From: Octopus bimaculoides
Taxonomy: Eukaryota
Assembly (NCBI RefSeq): GCF_001194135.2
Contig: NC_068985.1
Span: 102,420,702-102,484,701 of the forward strand
Direction: 5' to 3'
DNA length: 64,000 nucleotides
The notes below the pieces were generated by a model. It searched no databases. It was given only the letters and a program-made list of their open reading frames with translations, and was not told the DNA's origin. A program made the position numbers and the translations under genes. Each line of letters begins with the position of its first letter. Position 1 is the stretch's first letter. This document shows positions 26,315-38,700 of the stretch, piece by piece.

Positions 26315-26405
26315 CCCACACTGTCCAGGTGGGGAATTAATACGCCATGAAACCAAGAAACCGACGCTTATGAGTCGACATGACTCGAGAAGGTAACTTT
26401 ACCTT
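26315..26405 (+). mobile_element. SINE 3'-tail fragment related to the tail of the 38408-38700 element
   Basis: ctgtccaggtgggg...atacgccatgaaaccaagaaaccgacgcttatgagtc resembles ccgaccagctggggg.atacacatacgcc...caggaaatcaggcccatgagtc. Confidence 0.5.
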
Positions 26406-27983
26406 TCTATACAATAACATAAATACTCTATCTAAAACCATAAAATAACCTTAAAGAATATAAGACAAATTTCGCACCGAAATTTTGTCGTTGGTTATGG
26501 AATTCTGAAATATCAAATATTGTTTGCTTTGCATTGTAATCATGATTTCTATCCTCTTTAACTGTAATGCTATATCACACGAATAATAAAAAGCTTGTTC
26601 TTTAGTTTCTGATGCGGAGTTATTACAGATTCCCATAAGTATAATAATCATTTCATATCCATCATTTAACTTTTTTTTTAGAAATACAGTAGAAATAACA
26701 ACACCGGAAAATAAATAAATAAATGATTTTTCTCTTCTAAATGAGATCACTCTGGTCTCCTGTGATCATTACGTCATTAAATTTTAACTTTTATTGCCGT
26801 CATGGGATAAATAAATTGAGTGTTTGGCAGCGATTTATTGTTGTGGTTGTTATTAAAACTTGATCAATCTAGTTACTGTTATCTTTTTGATTCGTGTTGT
26901 TGGTGTGGTGTATGTAATGAAATATTTGTTCTTGTTATTGTTGTTGTTGCTACTGACGATGATATTTATTTTTTTTATTTTTTATTTTGTATTGTTGATT
27001 TTATAGTCATTGATCTTCAGGCTGTCAATAATGACTTTCTGCAACATTTTAAATAGAACTACAATTGATAACATTCTGTTTTAGGTTATTATAGTTGTTG
27101 TTATTTTGACTTTTGTTGTCGTTATTGTTTAGCTCCCATGTCAGTTCTCATCGAGCAGATCTATGATCAAAAGCGTTTCTCTCATGGACACACATTTTTT
27201 TATACAAACAGATTGTGTCTAAGACGATAGGATATGGTTTCAGAGAGATTTATGATATATTTTTTGCATAAAATCACACGTCACCTGGGTTTTACTCTTG
27301 TTCTTATTGATTAAGCCTAATCTATTAACCTCTCATCAATACATTATAACCATTGCCCTCCCGACTTTTCCTTCAGGTCAAACTTACCCAATATAAGAAC
27401 GCTTTTTCAGGAATATAGAGTGTAATTCGATTAAGATTCAGCTGCTATTTTTAGCATGTCGAGTTTCCACATAAAAGTTGCTTGTATACGCAATGATATC
27501 AACGTTGATGAAGTTGATTATAGTGATAATTCCAAATAATGTTGTCTCATGGCCTTTGTTTATTACCTTAAATGTGCTTACCACTTGTGCATGTAAACGT
27601 ACAATCTATTCACCCCTAACTACAGACTTGGAATCATTCTTCTTGAATTCACTCTAGTCGGTATCAATATATGAAAAAATTCTCGTTTGGAAAGTTTAGG
27701 TTTGGTAGAGCTTCTCAAATTCGTATGATCACTGCAAAACATTTTCCATGGCCTAACATGTATGCAACAGCGTTTGTACGATTTGATTTTTATTCGTTAT
27801 GTGCTTACAAGCCGCACTCAGTGCGAACTTTTTGCTAATTCCAGCGGAGGGCTAAATGGGACTGCGACACAAAACTTAGACGGAAATAATTGTAAAGCAT
27901 TTATTGTCATCCTGCCATCTCAGATTTATATCACAGAGTATCACATTTGGAGAATTTTGTATCACTGTGGAATTTGGATATCA

Positions 27984-28230
27984 CTATAAAGTAGCAGCAT
28001 AAACAATATTCTTGGTTTTACTGTTTGATGTGAGTATGAAGATATTGTTACCATTTCCAATTCTAGAACAACCAATATAGAGCTGACTATGAGAAAAGTA
28101 CTGTTGCATGAAGTGAAGTCCAGCAATGTTCAATGATTGTCCTTGGCTCTTGTTAATTGACGTTGCAAAACTAACTCTTACTGGAAATTGAAGTCTCTTG
28201 AAGTCTCTTCCAAAAGGGCATAATATGTCT
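27984..28230 (-). mobile_element. Helitron RepHel (PIF1-like helicase) C-terminal fragment
   Basis: FKRLQFPVRVSFATSINKSQGQSL...FSHSQLYIGCSRIG...KTKNIVY..L* matches the canonical Helitron helicase motifs (R.QFP..LAFA.TINK.QGQSL, FSHGQLYVA.SRV) through to the natural stop. Confidence 0.92.
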
Positions 28231-28330
28231 ATGTAGAGCAAATGTAGGTGGAGATGCAGGGGTCCCAGGTGGAGAGATAGAATTTCGCCTTTATTAATTG
28301 TCTATGGGTTTATTCTTAAAACCTCCGATT

Positions 28331-28519
28331 GAAGGTGGCAAGCTGGTAGGTCCATTAGGATAAAATGCTTAGCATTCTGTGTTCAAATTTCGCGAGGTCG
28401 ACTTTGTCTTTAAATCTTTCAGGATCGATAAAATAAATCTCAGTTGAACACTGGGGACAATGTAATCGACTTTTTGCTCCCCTGAATTTGCAGGATTTTG
28501 CCAAAATTTGAAACCAATA
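28331..28519 (+). mobile_element. SINE family A with internal deletion
   Basis: gaaggtggcaagctgg...gttcaaattt..cgaggtcgactttg...gccaaaatttgaaaccaata. Confidence 0.85.
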
Positions 28520-28685
28520 CTGAACATTCGGAGGACAATATGGTTTACTACTTTGTTAAATATGTCACTCAGGTAACATTTATCGCTGATATTTCAGTAA
28601 CTTTATATAGTCCTTCTCGAGAGACTAGTAATAATATCCTGTTGCTGTTTAATAAATATTGCTGCTTCTGCCACCTTGCTTATGT

Positions 28686-28716
<31 letters not shown>

Positions 28717-29619
28717 TTATTTATTTATTTATTTATTATAGCTCTACGTCAGCTTTTACCGCTGTATAGAGAATTCAATAAATAATGACATATCTAAATG
28801 AGTTGTGTCATATAGACGATAATTTTGCTGTTACGTTTAGTTGTTCTAAATATAAATACAAAACATACTTTAATATTTCTAAACCTAATCCTTGTTATTA
28901 GAACTTCGCTTTCCCGACGATGATCTATTTCTGGCATTTCTCAACATCATAATTAACGATGGTACACGCCTCCTTGCGAGTTATAAAGGTAATGAGCTAC
29001 ATTAATAACGGCCTTCACTGCTGTTTTTGTTGCTAGTCCTCGGATACTTTCTCGTCTTAGAATGTGCTGTCGTTGGATGTAAAAATGCTGTGTAGCATGT
29101 GGCTTACTTTCAATCGTTCTCTGATGCTTACAGTCTATATTTATTGAGAGTGTATAATACTTTAATTCAATACAATTCCATAGGCAATGTGTACTTTCAA
29201 AGAGATTTTACGAGTTTTTGTTTTAAATATACATCTAGCTTCATTCACACAGCTCTCATAATTTCGACTTCACACTTAGCTATAGAGAAATACATAAGAA
29301 ATGCAGAATTATTCGTGTCTTGTATTTTCCCGTTCGTGCTATTCCAAACCATCTGTTGACTTGCAACTTGAGTTCTTGTATCGTGAATTTCTTATTATTT
29401 CTCTTTGATTTTTTTCATCGTCAAATTCACTTGCATGCCTTCGTTATAATACTGCAGAAAGTCAGTATAGTAAAACAATTGTTTTATTTGGACTTTAATC
29501 ATTTATGCTCAATGCGTAATTATATTCATTTTTATGTCTAGTCTTGCTAATTGATATCCCTTTCCGTCAAGGATATTTTACCTATAACTTATTGCAAAAA
29601 TATAGAGTATAGGTATGTG

Positions 29620-29871
29620 TTATGTTATCTTGTCTTTAATTCTCTTTTTAATCTTTCTCATCTGTGTATTTTGTAGTTTGCTTAATACATCGATTTCTAA
29701 GTACTTGTAAATCAGTTTCTCCAAAATTCTGTTATCCTTGGCAGTGAAGTTATCTACTTTCATATCGGAGTCCTTCGTCCATTTTGCTCTCTTTAGATTT
29801 GGGAAACGCCTTATATCAATTACTTTCATAGATGTGTCATGCCTGAAACAGTGTTTATAGCTATTTACCAC
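29620..29871 (-). CDS. Candidate terminal coding exon or decayed ORF of unknown product (83 codons)
   Basis: The open frame starts exactly at a good acceptor (ttttattctgcag|GTG) and is non-repetitive. AATAAA lies about 130 nt past the stop (29483-29488). I recognise no protein family. Confidence 0.25.
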   Translation of the reverse strand: MVNSYKHCFRHDTSMKVIDIRRFPNLKRAKWTKDSDMKVDNFTAKDNRILEKLIYKYLEIDVLSKLQNTQMRKIKKRIKDKIT

Positions 29872-32000
29872 CTGCAGAATAAAATTCGATCGCGTCTATA
29901 TAAAATTATAGTTTATTGTTCCACCTTAGTATTTGTACCCTAGTACAGTCTCATTTAACCTGTCAGTTAAAGTTAGACATACATAGAAAGGGAGAAGCAA
30001 GAGAGCGTCGCCTCGCATTACAGTTCTTTATGTATCCGCAAGATTGTTTAACTTTTTGCAATGACTAGTTTAATGCATCTTTATTATTCATGCGGCTATG
30101 GGTCATGTTTCTAGAATTTATGTGCGAGGAACAGTCAAAAGTCTTCTAGTAGGAAATCTATATTATGCTAAGCTCTGCCTTTCGCGTTTTCTATTCGAAT
30201 AGACTGTTTTGTTTTCAATTATATTATTATTATTCTAATAATTTTGGTTGAACTATCATACCATAGTCTCGAAATCACATTAAGAAAGCAAATATATTTT
30301 TATGGTCCACCAAATCACTTTAGATCGGTTACTGAAATGCTGAATGCATGTGATAATGTTAATGCTTATTTTATGAGCATATATCTGATAGCATTTGCAA
30401 TTTATTACATTTCAGTATTTGAATGTTCAATATTTTGCATATTACCCCTTCGGGATTGATGCGAATTATCCTTTGTAAAACATAACTTAAAGATCTTAGA
30501 GAAACTATGGCGGGGCAATGTATGGCATATTGTGAAAGCTTTCTAGCTGATAACATTAATATATCTGTTAGGTAGATGAATGGGATAGAGACCCTCAGAG
30601 ACACATACACGCACACACTCTTATTGCCTGATATAAAGAAGATACTGTCTCCTCACAAAATTAAGTTACCATTCTCTATTCTCTCGTCCCTTTATTTTGT
30701 AGATTATTTCTTATTCTGAAAATAATATTATCGGTATACAGAAATACATACATAGGGAGAACAAGTTACAACCTGGTGAAAAATAATAAACCGAACGCCA
30801 TTTTCAAGATAAGAGGCGAGAAGAGTTTATTAATAAACGACTTACCAGATGTCATTACTATAGTATAGAAGTGAGCTGTCAAATATAAATAATTTTAGTG
30901 ATATTACCGTTAACTTACAGTAAAATGGAAGCTTAAAAAGTCATGTCATTTATAATTGCTACATAAGAAATTGTGCAATATCCTTTCTGTTCACCCTTTA
31001 ACTTCGAAAATAATTTCATGCTTGTTCCAGTTATGAAGTTAACTATCTCCCAAAAACAGAATTCGTATCTTCTGCAAGTCACGTTGCCTCGGTAAACTTG
31101 ACATATGCCAGCAATAAATAGTTTCTCACATGACATTACTCAACAAAGACAGATTGTTATATAAAACTGACTTCTGCAGTGAAGACTACTGAAATTTTAA
31201 GTGTATCTCATTACGCAGTAAAAGGGGTTAAAGATTTGACAATGTGTTTCAGAAAACTTACAAATATGTCCCATTAAATGGCAATGCTGTCTTCATCTCC
31301 TTTTAATGCGGGACGGCTATACTCATAACACCTTTCAGGAACGGTAAGAGATAAAAAGAGAACGCTATACTCAAAACATGTAACTAGTATGAATATTTCG
31401 GGAGGGAAGATTCTGCCAATACACCCAGAGAAATGGTAGAGATTTTAAATTCGCTGAAAAAAAGAAATCGGAAACCTAAATAGACCTTCAGGAGAATTGA
31501 ACTAGAACGAATAGAACAAATGAGGCTTCCCAGAATCGTCATTCCACACCCTAACAGTGTACTTTATTTATCGACCTTTCACTGAATAAAGCAAAATCTT
31601 CCTCAGTAAGGTTTGAATTCTGATCGCCCAGAGCAAGAAAATATACTTCAAAATATCTCGTACGATTCTCTGACTAGCCACACTTAACTGAGGTCACGCA
31701 GTGATGTTAAAGAAGTTTGCTAATTTATGCAGTCTTCAATATCTGTTTTAACATTGACATTTTATTTGTCATAACAATCCGATATTTGTATCATTTCACA
31801 AAGCCTGAACAATAACTAATTTCCTTAATTCAGGCACAAATTAATAATTTTCATGAGACATTATTCAACTGCAATACTTGATTGCAAAATGATGAAAGCA
31901 GCCGTTGAATTTGACATGATTTGAAATCTAGAAAGAAAACAGCCGCACAATTATTGGTAAAAAAGTTTTCCATTATTGTAACTGACACTTTAATATAATA

Positions 32001-32219
32001 TTGGTTTCCTATTTAGGAATAAGGCCAAAACGTTTGATAGGAAGGAGTAGCCGATTCCACCGAGCAGTAATTCTTTGGTATTTTATATTGTCAATCTCAG
32101 AAAGATGTTCTGTAACGTTAATGTCAGCCGGATTTGAACGGAGACCGTAAGGAACCGAAACTATTGCTAAAAAGCATTATTTTTCAACGTCCTAAAGATT
32201 CTATCAACTCACCGTCCTT
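32001..32219 (-). mobile_element. SINE family A (old)
   Basis: ttggtttcctatttaggaataaggcc...ggatttgaac...gattctatcaactcaccgtcctt. Confidence 0.65.
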
Positions 32220-32256
32220 AATGATAAAAATAATAACGGTATTAGAAAATAATTAC

Positions 32257-32450
32257 TTCAAGGCACGTAATTTTTAGTGGTGTGAAGTTAGTCGAGTACA
32301 TCGACCCCATTGCTCAACTTGTACTTAGCTTATCGACCGTGAAATGTTGAAAGACAAAGTTCATCTTGAGAGAATTTACTAATAATTGCAATTAACATAA
32401 AGTGCCGGCAGAAATACAGCTAAGCTTTTTGGCTGAAACGCTATCACTTC
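32257..32450 (-). mobile_element. SINE family A (old), tandem to the previous copy
   Basis: aggcacgtaattt...agtcgagtacatcgacccca.tgctcaact.gtactt...ttatcgacc. Confidence 0.7.
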
Positions 32451-33095
32451 TATAAGGGAGTCAACTTAGAACTGGAAAAATGACAAAGTGCCTTAATAAA
32501 TGCAACTTCATTTTTTAGTTTCCACGTGCTTATTTCTAAACATATTTATTTCAGGTCATACTACAACCCAACAGCTTATACTTTACCTACTGTTATTCAT
32601 TTTATAACAAGTTAATATTTTTCTCACTTTCTTCACCTTTCTTTTTATACTTATATACCTTTATATCTATCTATCTATCTCTCTATCTATTTATATATGT
32701 ATTTACCTACCTACCTACCTACCTACCTACCTACCTATACATTTGCCTCTATCATTCTCTTACTTCTTATTTTCGTCTCTTACACCTTCAATCCACCTTA
32801 TTTTCTCTCTCCAAATAAAACAGTATCAATATTATAATGTCTGTAACAGAATTACTTATTGTTTTCCACTTCTACATTTTAAACTTTGTTTCTGTGAAAA
32901 ATGCTATATTTATTTCAATGATACAAGTCATTGTCTATGCAAACTATTTGCATGAATTATGCTCGGATATATAATATTTACATATACATGCGTACCACAC
33001 ATATACGTATTTATTTTGCAGCGTATCTACTGGCATACATTTCTCTCACACACACTCTCTCTCTCTCCATCCTCTCTTTTCTCCATCTACACACA

Positions 33096-33187
<92 letters not shown>

Positions 33188-33478
33188 TTTATATGCGCTG
33201 TGTTTGTGTGCACGCGTATGTATATGCGGAGACGCTGGGAGATGTGTATGCCATGTGTCACTCAATATTCTTTAAAAGCAATATTTGCATAAATTACGCA
33301 TATGAAGCACGTGCTTATAATTTTCGGATACAAGATGAATTTCTATGCATATATAATAGGATATTTACATTATTTTCATAAATCAATACAGACACATACG
33401 GACCAAACTAGAGAATGTATACGCATATACATAATCAATAATATCGATTTTATACATGTATATATATATATATATATA

Positions 33479-33487
<9 letters not shown>

Positions 33488-33509
<22 letters not shown>

Positions 33510-33571
33510 CAGGGACAGAGAGAGTGTGTATGTTTATGTGTTTGTGTTTACATAAATGTATGCATGTTTAC

Positions 33572-33609
<38 letters not shown>

Positions 33610-33691
33610 GTAAACATGCATACATTTATGTAAACACAAACACATAAACATACACACTCTCTCTGTCCCTCTCTCTCTCTCACACACACAC
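33488..33691. repeat. Long palindrome centred on (TA)18
   Basis: 33511-33572 is the exact reverse complement of 33609-33670, and the centre 33573-33608 is self-complementary. It extends about 20 bp further on each side with a 2-nt indel. Confidence 0.95.
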
Positions 33692-34459
33692 ATATTGATT
33701 TGAATATACTGGTGAGAAAAGCAAGCTATTCTAGTGTGTATTAAATATATAATTAAAATTTATAATACATAGATATATATTTGGCATGTATGTCTGTGTG
33801 TGTGTGTGTGATGACATATATTAAATATATAATACATATATATGGGTGTATTTAACATAAATGCATAATACATTTCAATTATATATTTCAATACTACAGT
33901 TACACGCGATGTACATTTAAACAGACACTCACACACGTACAAAACACTAATGCACAGATATAGATATCAAAGAACGCATCTATGTTTACTTACATACCTA
34001 CACACACGTGTATATTTACACGTACATACATACATACATGCATACACTCACACAAATATATATCTGTATGTGTGTATGCATATTTGTGAATTAAAGCTAT
34101 CATTGGTTTCATGTCAAGAAAAGTAGGAAATTATCCTAGTATCATAACAATTTTTCAAGCTGATCACATAGAGAAAGTTGTTCGTCTCCATTCTGGAAAA
34201 CACAGATTGTGCTTTTAGCGATGAGCTGTTTTTCACAGCTCATCGATGACAGTCATGTTTTAGTATTACTCCAACCAAGCCTAATTCAAACTAATGACAG
34301 AGGAAAATTCTTCTTCGCAGAATATCATATTTATACACCCTGCAAAGATCGTACCAATAATACATAAATCGTTGCATACAGTTTTCGACAGTATATCAAC
34401 CAGTATTCGATAGTCAATAGATATTCAAATCTAAAACCTCCCTCCAGTTTACTAGTATT

Positions 34460-34507
<48 letters not shown>

Positions 34508-34882
34508 TGTGTGTGAAAGTGAGTGAATGTGTTTGTGCGTGAGATTTTTATGTTTCATGTTTGTGTTATGTTTAGTAGTGGTTCTTGGAATTAATATTAG
34601 TAAAAAGAATGCCAAACCTATACAAATTGGAGTTCATAAGATCCTTTATTACGGTGCCACACCATGACTGTTATTAAATACATGCAGCCAATGAAAGAGT
34701 TAAATGATTATATAGGTAGATAAATATATACTCAGTTTTATCTGTCCGAACATGATGAAATACATAATGGATCGCAGGATGATTTGAACTCAGTACCTTA
34801 AGAGTAGAAATAGATATCGTAAAATATTCTGCTTGACACTCAAATGATTTTGCTAATCCACTGCAACAGAATATTTCAAAAA

Positions 34883-35504
34883 TTGGTTTCAAATTTTGGC
34901 ACAAGGTTAGCAATTTCGGTAGAGATTGTTACTCGAATACATCAACCACATTGTAAAACTGATATTTTAATGTATCATGCGGAGGTGCAATGGCCCAGTG
35001 GTTTGGGCAGCGGACTCGCGGTCATAGGATCGCAGTTTCGATTCCCAAACCGGGCGTTGTGAGTGTTTATTGAGTGAAAATACCTAAAGCCCCACAAGGT
35101 TCCGGCAGGGGATTGTGGCGAACCCTGCTGTACTCTTCCACCACAACTTTCTCTCACACTTACTTCCTGTTTCTGTTGTGCCTGTAATTCAAAGGGTCAG
35201 CCTTGTCACACTGTGTCACACTGAATATCCCCGAGAACTACGTTAAGGGTACACGTGTCTGTGGAGTGCTCAGCCATTAGCACGTTAATTTCACGAGCAG
35301 GTAGTTCCGTTGATCGGATCAACTGTAACCTTCGATGTCGTAAGTGACGGAGTGCCAACAACAACAACAACTTTAATTTATCGACGCCGAAAGAATGAAA
35401 GGCAAAGTAGACCTCGGTGAAATTTGAACTCAGTGCTTAAGGATAGGTGAAATTTCGTTAAGCATTTTGCTCAGCTTACCGACGCTTCTCAGAGTTCGCC
35501 GCCT
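34883..35504 (-). mobile_element. SINE family A split by a nested family B insertion
   Basis: The family A tail (34883-34971) and core plus head (35372-35504) rejoin colinearly when 34972-35371 is removed. Confidence 0.85.
34972..35371 (+). mobile_element. SINE family B, full length, 6-bp TSD
   Basis: A box TGGCCCAGTGG, B box GTTTCGATTCCC, (CAA)n tail. TTTAAT at 34966-34971 and 35372-35377. Confidence 0.95.
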
Positions 35505-36092
35505 CAGAATATTCCAAAATTAAAAATTATAAACGCTAGTAATTATCATGTAAACAACTTTTCTTGCGTTGACATTTACTAGTCAACAAGAGAAGAGAAC
35601 AGACGAATGCATAAAAATGTACCTATGCATGTATGGATGGATGAATGAATCTTTGTCTGTATGTATGTATGTATGATTGTATTAATGTATGTATGTATGT
35701 ATGTATGTATGTATGTATGTATGTATGTATGGGAGATGAAAAAAGAGAAAGAGTAAGTGTGAGATTAACAGCAAGTTAGCGTAAATATATTTGAAAATTC
35801 TGAATCTATTTTATTTTAATGTTTTCATAACTTATCAACGATATGCAGTTTTAATTTGACGCTCTGACACACGGAATTTTCATAATGCAATATTTAATTA
35901 TATATAATACATGTGACCTTCCTATTTACGAATATTTTTTTCTAAATTGAATTACAATTAATCTTTCGCACCTGTTTCAATATATTTCGCAGAACACTAA
36001 TATGGTAAACAACAGCTTGCCAAAGAAAGTTTTGCATATTTTCTATTACAAATAACATACATAAATATACAAATGCATACGTCTATATGTGT

Positions 36093-36124
36093 GTACGTAC
36101 GTACGTACGTACGTACGTACGTAC
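36093..36124. repeat. (GTAC)8 self-complementary microsatellite
   Basis: Directly visible. Confidence 0.95.
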
Positions 36125-36129
36125 ATGAT

Positions 36130-36241
<112 letters not shown>

Positions 36242-37508
36242 GTAGGTAGGTAGGTAGGTAGATAGATAAAAGCTGTAGTGGCTGTATCCGGTTCTAAAAC
36301 TAGAACCACCAGGCAATGTAGCACCCTAGAACTTGCAGATTATCAATAGTATTTAAATGTGTATTCACAAACATATTCATATAATTATGCATACAATCAC
36401 ACACACAAACACTCACATAATTTCACGCGTAAGCACACATGCATGCGCATTCATACACACACACACAAATGCCAGGGAAAGTCTAATAAGATATTAATTG
36501 AATATTTATTTTAATAAATACAAATATAATTCTGTTGGTTGCCACTATATTTGAATAAATAACACATATTTAAATAGCTCACTTATAGGTTTTCCTCTGA
36601 ATACTCTATATAAAATCCTGTTTATATATAGGAAACGAAGAAGTAGGCTGATTAAATTGTAAGTACAACCCACGCATTTATTTTATCAAACCATTTCGTT
36701 TCATTTGTCAAGAGAATCACAATATATCCTTTCGTCATTTACTATGAAGGTTACATTTCTATGAATTATTATACACGGTGTAAAGATGTACTTAATATTT
36801 CTCTTTCCTCTATAATGATAAATACACTAAAACCCGCGAAATGCTAATCTATGAAGTATGGTTAAAGCATTGTCTTAAAAGCCACACACAAATCAATGCA
36901 GCCCAGGCACTTTTAGTTGTAGAGTGTCCATACAGATTTAATTAAATATTTTTCCACATCTACTAGTCTGCAAGCTGTTAGTATATAAGAGATCATTGCC
37001 TCCAATATTCTAACTTATAATAGGACAATTATTGTGTTCTCTATGTTTGTTGATAAAACGAGAAAGGCAATTTAAATTTACACTGTTTCTGAATCTAAGT
37101 CTCGGTTTTAAAAGCCTATATCGTAATAAACATATGGTCCTCACGAAGAGCTGAAAACGAAGTATATCTGTGAGTATGATGTCGAAATCAACTTCGAAGA
37201 AGTGCCAATTTCCTGATGCACCGAGAATGTCAACATGCTTTTGTAATTTCTGTATAAATTCACTTCAGCAAATGTTTGAATGTCACAACAAGCTATTAAA
37301 TATATTCCACCACAAACAAAATATTAAGCATTATTTGCGAATCTCTGCTAGGTGTTTGCTGCCTTTATTCACCTTTATATATTTTCTTTTAACTACTTCC
37401 TTTTAATTGTATCAAAATAACATGAGTTAATATTGTTTTTATTGAAACAAGTTTAATATGATTTAATATACAACAACATTGAAATAATAATAATAAACCA
37501 GAAAATAA

Positions 37509-37546
<38 letters not shown>

Positions 37547-38407
37547 CAAATGCGTGTACGAAACGACGAAAAGGGATTCTATCTATTAATAGTTAAATTT
37601 TATCTCTGAAAACATACAAGAAAAGAAGAGAAAACACATTAATCCGGACGAAAGCTAACATTAACAACAAACTATAAATTAAAAATCTCTTCATCAGTAA
37701 CAAATAAAAATCTTCTCATCGGTAACAAATTAGAAATCTTCTCATTAATAAACGACTTTCTTGTAAGCCGCTGAACAAACTGGAAATGATTAATGTAATA
37801 TGATAAATCCTAAGTAAACATGGCAAGCTGTTTTAACTTGATGAATTTAATTAGTGCATTGGAGATACGAGTTATGCAATACCTTGCAGGCTATCGATGT
37901 AGCTTCTACACGGCGTTGTTGCAATACATTAAATTTCACAAGAATGGAAATAGTCACAAACTCATATATTCGTTATATAACATATTCATACATGTGAGCA
38001 CGCGCGGCCACACACACATTCACACACACATACACACATTTACAAACTTGTACATATACATAAATACTTATATGAATGTATACATACACGCACACACAAA
38101 GTAACGGCTTAAATATTGTCAATGTTCTCGTAAATGATATGACGATGAGCGAGATTGATTTAACTTCAAAAATGTCCCACCCTTCCCTGATAGCTAATAT
38201 AAATATATCTGATCACATACGCTTACATTTTTACATACACGTATGCACACACTCATATATAGACGTACGCATGTATGTCCGTATTCCTGTATACATATAA
38301 GTACGTAAATAAACGTTTAATAATAACTATATGTCAATTCATCATTAGATATGCACACAAAAATCCACCGAATTGACAAAATTAATAAAGCGTTGGCAGT
38401 CAGTAAC

Positions 38408-38700
38408 GCTGCGCAATGGCCCAGTGGTGAGGGCAGCGGATTCCTGGTCGGAGGATCGCGGTTTCGATTCCCAGACCGGGCGTTGTGTGTGTTTATTGAG
38501 CGAAAACACCTAAAGCTGCGCGAGGCTCCGGCAGAGGGTGATGGCAACCCCTGTTGTATTCTTTCACCCCAACTTCCTCTTAATCTTTCTTCCTGTTTCT
38601 TGAGTAAAGTTGCGATGGACTGGCGTCCCGACCAGCTGGGGGGGATACACATACGCCCCAAAAAAACAAACAGGAAATCAGGCCCATGAGTCTGGCCGCA
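38408..38700 (+). mobile_element. SINE family B head and core with an alternative 3' tail
   Basis: Colinear with 34981 up to ...cttcctgtttct, then switches to gcgatggactggcgtcccgaccagctgggg...ggcccatgagtc. Confidence 0.85.

Noticed and set aside
30933-31136. 67-aa Cys-containing minus-strand ORF and nearby YIGRT motif on the + strand (about 30750)
   Set aside because: Too short, and the surrounding residues do not extend any GIY-YIG or other family match I know.
16991-31231. piggyBac-like ends TTAACCCCTT (about 16993) and AAAGGGGTTAA (31221-31231)
   Set aside because: 14 kb apart with only about 10 matching bases and no transposase remnant between them. They cannot be paired with confidence.
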